Source: Chthonomonadales bacterium
GTDB taxonomy: Bacteria; Armatimonadota; Chthonomonadetes; Chthonomonadales; CAJBBX01
Direction: 5' to 3'
Assembly: GCA_049967475.1 (NCBI GenBank)
Contig: JBMFSQ010000041.1
Span: 1 to 19,866, forward strand
DNA length: 19,866 bases
Positions 1 through 7,556 of the stretch are shown piece by piece. Positions within the stretch are counted from its first letter, which is position 1. Each line of letters opens with the position of its first letter. Made by a program: the position numbers and the translations under genes. Under the pieces are notes generated by a model. That model had not been told where the DNA came from and made no database searches. It saw only the letters and a program-made list of their open reading frames with translations.

Positions 1-849
1 GTCAAAGAAGGGTGCGGCAGGACATTCCGGGTGCGCGGGATCGCTCATCAAGGTGATGGTATCGGCCGCAACCTTCTGGCCAAGGCGCCCTGAGAAGGCG
101 TTCCGCCCCTCGTCGGCGGCTTTGGCGTCCAGGGACCACATAAGGTAAGCCAGGATTTCGGCTACGGCTGCGGGTTCCAGGATAACGGTCCAGGGTCCGG
201 GTTCCACGCCTTGAGGCGTTCCGGCCAGCAGCGCCTTGGCGATTGCGCGGTCTGCAGCAGCGGCAGGGTCTACCTTGGCCAGGTTCCAATGGGCGGCGTT
301 GGCCCAGCCGGAAGCGCAATTCGTCATGGCGGTGATGACGAAACGAGCCATGGTGGCGCTGTGTGCGGCAAAGAGGCCTTTGGAATTGGCCACAGCCACG
401 AAGGTTGACGTGGTGGAGCAGCTTCCGGCGGAATTGACGCCTGCCGCTTCTGCCCTGGAGACGGCGCTGTGCACCATGGCAGCGCGGTCCGCCGGTTCAG
501 CGCGAGCTACGGCCTCATCCCATTGTTCCACCGCCGGGTATTCCGCCGGATCGGGAGGGGGCATGTACTCGGTATCCGGCGCGGCTACCTTGGCAATCTC
601 CTCGGATCGTCGTACGGCTTCTGCCAGGCTGTTCCCATCAAGGCGGTTGATCTTCACCACTCCAACCCGGTTCTCGAAGGCGGATCGAACCGTGAGGGTG
701 GCATTGTTCTTGGCGACGTTCTGTGTAATCTGGTTGTTGGCGAAGCGCGTGGATGCCTCGTCACTGGCTTGCAGCACACACTCTACAGCATCGGCGCGGC
801 TCAGTTCCAGGACCCGTGCCAGCAATTCACGAGCTTCGCTCTCGATCAT
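1..849 (-). CDS. tldE: TldE/PmbA family metalloprotease subunit (3' end truncated by window edge)
   Basis: Not in the ORF track. My translation of the minus strand from ATG at 849 (AGGAGA RBS upstream) is open to position 1: MIESEARELLARVLELSRADAVE...STRFANNQITQNV...VAVANSKGL...VEPGPWTVILEPAAVAEIL...DAKAADEGRNAFSGRLGQKVA...ITLMSDP. 'TRFANN.I.QNV', 'ANSKG' and 'PG..TVILEP.AV' are typical PmbA/TldE motifs, and a tldD lies upstream on the same strand. Confidence 0.9.
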   Translation of the reverse strand, partial: MIESEARELLARVLELSRADAVECVLQASDEASTRFANNQITQNVAKNNATLTVRSAFENRVGVVKINRLDGNSLAEAVRRSEEIAKVAAPDTEYMPPPDPAEYPAVEQWDEAVARAEPADRAAMVHSAVSRAEAAGVNSAGSCSTTSTFVAVANSKGLFAAHSATMARFVITAMTNCASGWANAAHWNLAKVDPAAAADRAIAKALLAGTPQGVEPGPWTVILEPAAVAEILAYLMWSLDAKAADEGRNAFSGRLGQKVAADTITLMSDPAHPECPAAPFFD

Positions 850-876
850 GATGCGTCTCCTGTTGGTGGATACCTT

Positions 877-1140
877 CTATCGGTTGTCTTCGCTGTAGGC
901 CGGCCTCAGAACCACACTGAAGCTGCGCTCGGCATAGACGGGCGCGATGTGCGCCGAGTTGGAACGGAACTCTTCGTCAATCACGAAAGTGAACGCATCC
1001 GTCATCCGGCAGAACTTTTTGAGTTCCGCCACTTCCTCCGGCGTTTCGGGCATAAGCCGCAATATTAGGCTGATGCGCCGGCCCAGTTCATCCACAATCA
1101 TGGGTTCTCCGGGCCGCATCCCTTCGAATTTGGCCTTCAT
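877..1140 (-). CDS. Small hypothetical protein (87 aa)
   Basis: Strong RBS (AAAGGAGG) ~10 nt upstream of the ATG; fills the gap between co-directional neighbours; globular-looking composition; no family recognised. Confidence 0.75.
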   Translation of the reverse strand: MKAKFEGMRPGEPMIVDELGRRISLILRLMPETPEEVAELKKFCRMTDAFTFVIDEEFRSNSAHIAPVYAERSFSVVLRPAYSEDNR

Positions 1141-1194
1141 TGGCCCGCAACCTCCTTTCCAGGTCTTGTAACAGCCCTTGAGGCGGAGCGGAAG

Positions 1195-2382
1195 TCAGAG
1201 CAGGATAAAGCGCTTCCGCTTCTTGGACACCTCCCGCGTCCAGCGTGCGAGTTCCGCGATGCCCAGCATGTCTGCGGTGTTGCTGCGGCTATCCGTAGAG
1301 GTAGCGAAGGCGCGCCGAGCATCGCTCAAGATAGACCGGTCAAAAGGAACCAGGCTCAGCCATCTGCCGGCGGCCTGGGGCATGTAGGTATTGATACCAC
1401 CGGTACCCGCCACGGTGTCGGCAAAATCTGTTGCCGAATGGCGCACATTGCGCGTCCACGTGGCTGCAAATCCAAGCATGTCCCGCTGGTTGAAACCGAT
1501 GTGGGCCCAGCGGCAGCGCGCAGCAAAGTCCACGTCAATCGCGGCGTGCGAAATATCTTCCACGCCCGACGAAGAGCCATCGGGTTTGGCAAGATAGGGC
1601 CATTCCCATGCGCCGTTGGCCATACGATGAAGCCGGTGTTTGAAATAGAGCGCCAGGTGGGCTGCGCGGTTCTTGTAGCGGTGGTCCCGGGTGATATTGT
1701 ACAGTTCCACGATCACGGAACCCAAGGCATTCTGTTGGTTGAGCGGCAGTGGGCCGATTTCGGGATCCGTGTAATACCCTTCGCCGGGCGCGGGGCCGTC
1801 GTGGTAATCGGGATCATGGGCAGCCACCGCTTCTTCGATGCGTTGGAGATACTCGTCGGCCTTGCGGCCGTAGGCGCGCCGCCACCGGGTAACCCCGCGT
1901 ACCAGGCGCACGAATTCAGCGGGGCCCAGGCAGATCATGCCCGTATGGACGGCCCACACGTGCCATCGTCCCCTGGAGTATTCGTCAGATCCCCAGGCAG
2001 GCATCGGAACTTTCCGGAACACATCTATTTTGCCGAGGCGATCGTCACGGTTCTGAAGGATGCGGTCAAAGTGCTCTACTTCGCTGTCCAAATAGGCCGG
2101 ATCATCGGTAGCCTTCGCCATGGCCACATATGCCCGCAGCAGGTACCCTTCGCCCCAGGCTAGGTCCCCTTTTGTGTTGAGGGCGTCGCTGTAGCCGTCA
2201 CCATTGTTGAGGGCCCTGTCCATACGGTCGAAGCGCGCGGCGTATTCAGCAACACTCGGCTGCTGGGTACTTTCGGCTCCAGTGCTCAGCACGAGCATCA
2301 CCATCGCGATGAAGGCATTGGAAAGGAGCCTCCTGCCGACCTTGGATGCAAAATGCTTCGGGTGCATACGGGCGCCGTTCAC
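1195..2382 (-). CDS. Exported hypothetical protein, probable (alpha/alpha) toroid of the six-hairpin glycosidase/epimerase-like type (~395 aa)
   Basis: The track ORF (start 2643) overlaps the GNAT gene. The better start is GTG at 2382, with GGAGG 7 nt upstream (alternative ATG 2367). N-terminus has GRRLL then a hydrophobic stretch (signal peptide). Repeated helical-hairpin motifs 'AYVAMAKATDDPAYLD' and 'ELYNITRDHRYKNRA' are typical of alpha/alpha barrels. Confidence 0.7.
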   Translation of the reverse strand: MNGARMHPKHFASKVGRRLLSNAFIAMVMLVLSTGAESTQQPSVAEYAARFDRMDRALNNGDGYSDALNTKGDLAWGEGYLLRAYVAMAKATDDPAYLDSEVEHFDRILQNRDDRLGKIDVFRKVPMPAWGSDEYSRGRWHVWAVHTGMICLGPAEFVRLVRGVTRWRRAYGRKADEYLQRIEEAVAAHDPDYHDGPAPGEGYYTDPEIGPLPLNQQNALGSVIVELYNITRDHRYKNRAAHLALYFKHRLHRMANGAWEWPYLAKPDGSSSGVEDISHAAIDVDFAARCRWAHIGFNQRDMLGFAATWTRNVRHSATDFADTVAGTGGINTYMPQAAGRWLSLVPFDRSILSDARRAFATSTDSRSNTADMLGIAELARWTREVSKKRKRFILL

Positions 2383-2404
2383 TGCGTTGCCTCCGGCGGC
2401 ATCT

Positions 2405-2878
2405 TTAATCCCTAAGCGGGTGGGCATAGACACCCGGGCTGCTGCCGGGTATCTCCACGGCACCCACCGCTTTGCTATAGAATTCCGTAGGTCCGGCGCC
2501 GCCGATGATGCCATAGGCGTATCCCATCTCGCGCAGACCCCACAGACATGCGATGAGCAGCGCTCTTCCGATGCCGTTCCCTCGTTCGGCCTCGGCAACG
2601 CCGGTGGGCCCGAAGAACGCGCGGCAGGTACATTCATAGGCACCGAACCCCACGACGCGTCCCTCCTTTACGGCTATGTATACGGTAGTAGGCTTGTTCG
2701 CATACCCCACCGAGATCTCGTCGGCCCATGATTGGCCGAAATGCGCCTCTACGAAGGCGCGGACCTTCGAGGCCTCGAAGGGGAGCGACCTGCGCAATAC
2801 TACGCCAAGCTGCTTCATCCTCTCCAGTTCCGGCTCCAGAGGGGGCAAGTCAAGGAGCCTCACCAGCATGTCGGGCAT
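2405..2878 (-). CDS. GNAT family N-acetyltransferase
   Basis: 157 aa; acetyl-CoA motif A 'GVAEAERGNGIGRALL' and downstream 'EFYSKAVG'; AGGAGG RBS lies in the end of the upstream gene. Confidence 0.9.
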   Translation of the reverse strand: MPDMLVRLLDLPPLEPELERMKQLGVVLRRSLPFEASKVRAFVEAHFGQSWADEISVGYANKPTTVYIAVKEGRVVGFGAYECTCRAFFGPTGVAEAERGNGIGRALLIACLWGLREMGYAYGIIGGAGPTEFYSKAVGAVEIPGSSPGVYAHPLRD

Positions 2879-2881
2879 GGG

Positions 2882-5800
2882 CTACCTCCTGGCAAATGTC
2901 CCGCCCGGCTTGGGACCTTCCGATGCATTGTTCCGGTGAATGGGCCGGGCCGATTTGAGCCCAGGGTAATGTCCATCTTGGACGAGCTTCCAGAACTGGT
3001 CTTTGCATGCGTTGTAGATGCCGTAGATGCCGTCGGGATGGGCGTCGCGATCCACAGTGATCCACGCGTCCGGCACCGGAAGTTTCCTCCGATTGCGGAT
3101 AGCTGGCGCGTAGCGGTTGATCACGCGAGTGACGCCGCGCCATGTTCCATCGGGATTGATGATGCCGAAATCACTGTTCTCGCCGTAGCGGAAGCCGCCT
3201 GGGTACCACCAGCACACGGATCCATTGGAGCCGCTCTTGAGAACCATCCGGTAGAAATCCGAATAGAAGCGCTCGATGAACTGAACCGTCTGGGGCGGGT
3301 AAAAGCGCCGGTCGAAGCGCTCGGCGAAGGGGGCGGACTTTGGAGCCGGTGTCGCAGCCCCTGGGTTCCAGCTCGTGTATCCGAACTCTGCCCACATCAC
3401 CGGGCGTCCGGGCGCCGTCAAATGAGCGTAGGCTACCGTGAACCACCCGTCTCGTACCCGGTTCCAGTCGCCGATGTGGCCGTACCCTTCCGGGGCCATA
3501 AAGTCCATGGACCGCGCGAGGCCCGTAAAGTCATAACCCATGGAGGCAGGATCCGCCGTAGGGTCTCCGGCGATGGACATTCGGAAGGAGAGCAGGTGAT
3601 GCGCATCAACGGTACGGATGAGCCTTCGCGCCTCCATGTGCGTGCGGTCCAGCAGATCATCCAAAAAGTGCCGGTAGGCCGCCACCACATGAGGTATACG
3701 GCTGGAGGCCCTAACATCGTCATCGCCGGGAGAGGTGATGCGCCCATCTGCCGTGGGGATGGCCTCGCCTAGAACCTGCTGCGCGTGCTCGATGCTTCCG
3801 TATTTGCGGAGCAACCACGATTGCCATTGCGGATCCCAGCGCTTCCTTGCTGCGTAGTTGCCCCACGCGGGCTCCCAAGCCAAATCGTAGGCAAATACCG
3901 TATCGTCGCTGGCCAGGCGGTTAAGGGTGATAATGGGGCGGATTACATCCCATTTGAAATCCAGCGGCGTTCCCGGCCTCAGGGAGAGGTTCACCTTAAG
4001 CCCATGCGCTTCACAACGGTTCAAGAAGTCCACCAGATTATGGTCGCCGGCCACGTCTCCGTACATGAAGACGCTTACCATGTTGAAGCCGATGGCAGCT
4101 ACCCGGCGCAAGTCCCGTTCGATAACCGCAGGATCGTAGGCACGCGGTCCCATCCAGTTCTCGAAGTAGGATCCGTCCTCCATGGCGATGCCGCTGGAGG
4201 GCATGTAGTTTACGCCGTGGGGGAACCAGGGTCTTCGGCCGAGCCAGAACATAGTGTCGTGGCTGGTCATAAACAGGGGATGGGGGTGCGGCAGGCGCAC
4301 CGTGACTTCGTGTTGGATGGCATCCACCACACGGCCATCCTGAATGAGCTCCGCCTTCACAAGATAAGCGCGCCAGCGCCGTCCGAGGGGCGCAACCTTC
4401 ACGGAACCCGCGGCTTGCGCTTGCCCCTGCATCAGACGCAGGGTATGCCAGTAAAAGGGCCGGCTGGAACCTTCCGGCTTGATGCCTACACGCACCCGGC
4501 ATCGGCTGAATGCTGGACCGGCGACACGCGCGCCCAGGATAAGGCTTTCGTCGGGGAACACACCGAACCAGTTGGATCCGCCCTCCATCAGGAGCGGGCC
4601 TGTGACCATGCGCCGCGCCAATGCAGCTACGTAGCGCTGGACATCTGCACGGGCATACCATTGGTCGTCTGCAACAGTAAAGGAAGCCCATCTGCCCCAC
4701 GCGAAGGCGTCGCCATGATGGCAGAGGAGGGTCGCCAGCGTACCTCGTACGGAGCCGTCGCTACCCAATACCTGGATGAGCGGGATCCACCGCCATCCTC
4801 GGCCCTTGTCGAAGCCGGCGCCTGAGGCGCGCGGATGTGTGGAAAGGAGCTCCCGAGGCAAGCCGGGGGGAGCTTTTTGCCCAAGGAGAACCCGACCGGC
4901 CCAGTCATCCAAGGATCTGGCATCTCGTATGGGATAACACTTGTAGGCAGGAGACACTGTGTCGTATACCGGCGCGTCATACTGGGGCCCCACATCGAAG
5001 AAGCCTGATCCCACATCTTTGAACCAATACTCATGGGAACCTGCAGGAAGGCTGGTATGCGTGAAGGCGAGCCCTACGGTAAGCGACGCAATGTTTTGCA
5101 GGTTCAGGCGGGTATTCTGCCGCCCGGAGGTGTGATCCGGATCCCAAAGGTGGAAGGCGCCGGCATCGAGGGCATACCGACGCCACTCGGTGGTGAGGGG
5201 CACCGTGGCGATCCAACGGGAATTATCCTTCTCGCGCACCTCGACGGCCAGCGAGGTCGTTTTGGGGCCGCCTTTGGCACGAAAGATGATGAGGTTCTCT
5301 CCGGGTTTCGGCACTGCGGCTAGGGACGGAGAGGTAAGGGTATCCCATCCTTCCAGATCGCTGATGGTTACGTGCAGCGCGGGGCCGTGGCCCGGACCTT
5401 CGTCTACGATCTCCCAATGCGTAGGATTGGCGGGAGTATTCGTCGAGCGCATCCACGCAGAGGCAGGCTGAGCTCCGATCTCCACGATGCTCTGGGATGC
5501 CGGAGCGGCGGCCGCGCGGCGTTGAACTTGATCGGCATCGAGCCACTCGCTGCCCACGCGTCGCACGAGGCGGTCGAACGCAGGCGCGCCCAGAACGATG
5601 AGGTGGCCGCCCGCCCGCAGATAGCGATCCAATTCGGCCAGGGCGCTGCCGGGAAAAACCTGCGCCTGTGGGATCACCAGGAGCGAAGCCCCAGCATCCT
5701 CCAGCGATCCCTGCGCGGCCAGGGCGTCCGGATCAAGGATTCTGGCCTCGAAACCTGCCGCCCGAAGAGCCGACGCATAGCCGGCGGCAAGCTGGGCGCT

Positions 5801-5935
5801 GCGACCGGCCCATCCCCCGGAGAGGACAACAGCGCGGAGGGAGTGGGAGGCGGGCGCCGGCTGGGCGCTGCAAGACTGGGGCCCAAACACGAGCGTAGCA
5901 ACGGAAAGAACCACAAACCATCGGTAGCGCTGCAT
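2882..5935 (-). CDS. Secreted multidomain glycoside hydrolase: class I GATase-like/trimerisation-like domain, CBM11/CIA30-like jelly roll, C-terminal clan GH-A (GH5/GH42-like) TIM barrel
   Basis: Signal peptide; 'LLVIP...LDRYLRAGGHLIVLG'; 'FRAKGG...LAVEVREKDNSRW...LTTEWRRYAL...F...LNLQNIASLTVG'. Barrel motifs: GVNYMP, 'IERDLRRVAAIGFNMVSV', AYDLAWEP (acid/base position), WLLRKYGSIE, PVMWAEFG (nucleophile position), SDFGIINPDG. Confidence 0.8.
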   Translation of the reverse strand: MQRYRWFVVLSVATLVFGPQSCSAQPAPASHSLRAVVLSGGWAGRSAQLAAGYASALRAAGFEARILDPDALAAQGSLEDAGASLLVIPQAQVFPGSALAELDRYLRAGGHLIVLGAPAFDRLVRRVGSEWLDADQVQRRAAAAPASQSIVEIGAQPASAWMRSTNTPANPTHWEIVDEGPGHGPALHVTISDLEGWDTLTSPSLAAVPKPGENLIIFRAKGGPKTTSLAVEVREKDNSRWIATVPLTTEWRRYALDAGAFHLWDPDHTSGRQNTRLNLQNIASLTVGLAFTHTSLPAGSHEYWFKDVGSGFFDVGPQYDAPVYDTVSPAYKCYPIRDARSLDDWAGRVLLGQKAPPGLPRELLSTHPRASGAGFDKGRGWRWIPLIQVLGSDGSVRGTLATLLCHHGDAFAWGRWASFTVADDQWYARADVQRYVAALARRMVTGPLLMEGGSNWFGVFPDESLILGARVAGPAFSRCRVRVGIKPEGSSRPFYWHTLRLMQGQAQAAGSVKVAPLGRRWRAYLVKAELIQDGRVVDAIQHEVTVRLPHPHPLFMTSHDTMFWLGRRPWFPHGVNYMPSSGIAMEDGSYFENWMGPRAYDPAVIERDLRRVAAIGFNMVSVFMYGDVAGDHNLVDFLNRCEAHGLKVNLSLRPGTPLDFKWDVIRPIITLNRLASDDTVFAYDLAWEPAWGNYAARKRWDPQWQSWLLRKYGSIEHAQQVLGEAIPTADGRITSPGDDDVRASSRIPHVVAAYRHFLDDLLDRTHMEARRLIRTVDAHHLLSFRMSIAGDPTADPASMGYDFTGLARSMDFMAPEGYGHIGDWNRVRDGWFTVAYAHLTAPGRPVMWAEFGYTSWNPGAATPAPKSAPFAERFDRRFYPPQTVQFIERFYSDFYRMVLKSGSNGSVCWWYPGGFRYGENSDFGIINPDGTWRGVTRVINRYAPAIRNRRKLPVPDAWITVDRDAHPDGIYGIYNACKDQFWKLVQDGHYPGLKSARPIHRNNASEGPKPGGTFARR

Positions 5936-6010
5936 CGGTATTCCGTCCTTCTGATGATGTAACTGCTAAGGCATGCCTATTCTGCCAAGGTTCCGGGCGA
6001 GGCGCCGCCT

Positions 6011-7450
6011 TTATCGTGCCGCGCCCACCCGTATGCGCCGAAATCGCGCCGGTGCGGCTCCGTGCGTCATTTGCGATATCTGCATGGGATCACCCTTGCC
6101 GCAATTGAGCACACCGTCCGGCATCCAGAAGCGCGCGTCACATACGGCATCGCATGAGTTCCAGAATTGGGGCGTGGTGCTCTGGTAGGTAACGTTCTTG
6201 AGCATTCCAACGAGCTTCCCCTTCTTTATGAGCCAGAAGGCATCGCCGCCGAATTGGAAGTTGAGGCGCATCTGGTCTATGGAGAAGGAGCCTCGCCCCT
6301 CGATATAAATGCCTTCGTCTGTGTCGGAGATCAGTTCCTCAAGAGAGAGAGGTTGCGTCCCCGGGGCCAGCGACAGATTAGGGATGCGCACAATGGGAAT
6401 GGATCCCCAGTGGTCGGCCCGGCAACCGCCGTTGGATCGTTCCATGCCGATTTCGGCCGCAACTTCCCGGCTCGTGCTGTATCCTGTGAAGAGGCCGTGG
6501 TCTACGATGTGCCATCGCTGGCCGGGGACGCCTTCATCGTCGAAGCCGTGTGTCGCCAAGCCGTGAGGGAGAGTGTTGTCGGCTACGAAGGTCACCACAT
6601 CGGAGGCGTACTGAAAACGGTTCAGCTTGTCGGGCGTGGCAAACGATCGGCCCGCCAAAGACTCCTCGTAGCCCAAAGCGCGATCCAGCTCGGTGGCGTG
6701 GCCCACAGACTCGTGGATGGTAAGGGCAAGGTTCTGCGGATCCAGGATCAGGTCCATAACTCCTTCGGGGCCGTTTGGGGCATGGAGGTGCTCCACGGCT
6801 TGTTCTCCCACGCGCTGCGTTTGGGCGAGGAGATCCTCGGGGTTGATATGTTCGTATCCTTTGGTGAGGGGCGGCGGTACGTACGTTCTGGAGCGCGCAT
6901 CCCCATCGCCTACTGCCGTCGCCTGGTACCCAACTCCGGTAGTTACCACCACGCTTGAGAGGTCGCTTCCTTCCGTATTCAGATAGACGCGTTCGTCTTT
7001 GCGCAGTGTCATGAAGCCGGTCGCCTTGGACACCCCCTTCACCGCAAGGAGGCGGCGGTTAATCTCCAGGAGCAAACCGGTTTTCTCCTCGATGGGGACA
7101 GCAAAGGGATCTATCTCGAAAGGGGTCCGAAAGGCTTCCACCCGCGGAAGTTCGCTCACGATCTGAACGGGCTTCTTGAGTGTTGTGGCGCTGGCCCTGG
7201 CTATTGCCACGGCGCGGCGGGCAGCCGCCATGGCCTCGTCGCGGGTGAGAAGCGAGGTGCCTGCAAAGCCCCAGGCTTCGTTTACCAAAACCCGCACGCC
7301 AATGCCTTCATCCTCCGTATGGACGATGGCGCTGATGCGTTCATCCTCCGAGGCGATGTTCTGGCGGAGGTACCGCACGACGCGTACATCGGCAAAGGAT
7401 GCGCCGTGGGATGCTGCTGTGTCCAATGCGAGACGGGCAAGGTCCTTCAT
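6011..7450 (-). CDS. tldD: TldD family metalloprotease (catalytic subunit)
   Basis: HExxxH 'HESVGHATELDR', 'FDDEGVP', 'PIVRIPNLSLAPG', C-terminal 'NCGKGDP...HGA' carrying the metal-ligating Cys; N-terminal 'GIGVRVLVNEAWGFAGT'; GGAGG RBS. Confidence 0.95.
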   Translation of the reverse strand: MKDLARLALDTAASHGASFADVRVVRYLRQNIASEDERISAIVHTEDEGIGVRVLVNEAWGFAGTSLLTRDEAMAAARRAVAIARASATTLKKPVQIVSELPRVEAFRTPFEIDPFAVPIEEKTGLLLEINRRLLAVKGVSKATGFMTLRKDERVYLNTEGSDLSSVVVTTGVGYQATAVGDGDARSRTYVPPPLTKGYEHINPEDLLAQTQRVGEQAVEHLHAPNGPEGVMDLILDPQNLALTIHESVGHATELDRALGYEESLAGRSFATPDKLNRFQYASDVVTFVADNTLPHGLATHGFDDEGVPGQRWHIVDHGLFTGYSTSREVAAEIGMERSNGGCRADHWGSIPIVRIPNLSLAPGTQPLSLEELISDTDEGIYIEGRGSFSIDQMRLNFQFGGDAFWLIKKGKLVGMLKNVTYQSTTPQFWNSCDAVCDARFWMPDGVLNCGKGDPMQISQMTHGAAPARFRRIRVGAAR

Positions 7451-7556
7451 GGCTCAATCCTCCGTTTTCAGGGGCGCCATATGCCGGCACAACGGTCCGC
7501 TGCCTACGAATGGATGCTGTGCTGGTTCATTCCACGGGCTGGGCGCGAACCCCTGC

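Noticed and set aside
236..1068. Plus-strand ORFs 236..898 and 469..1068
   Set aside because: Antisense shadows of tldE and the 87-aa gene; Ala/Ser/Arg-rich with no motif or RBS.
2383..2643. N-terminal extension of ORF 1195..2643
   Set aside because: Overlaps the GNAT gene in another frame; an RBS and signal peptide support a start at 2382.
2732..4825. Long plus-strand ORFs 2732..3772 and 3785..4825
   Set aside because: Antisense to the 1017-aa glycosidase; expected from GC-rich codon bias.
877..7450. Classical RiPP (microcin B17-like) cluster around tldD/E
   Set aside because: No YcaO, dehydrogenase, radical SAM, exporter or Gly/Ser/Cys-rich precursor in the window.
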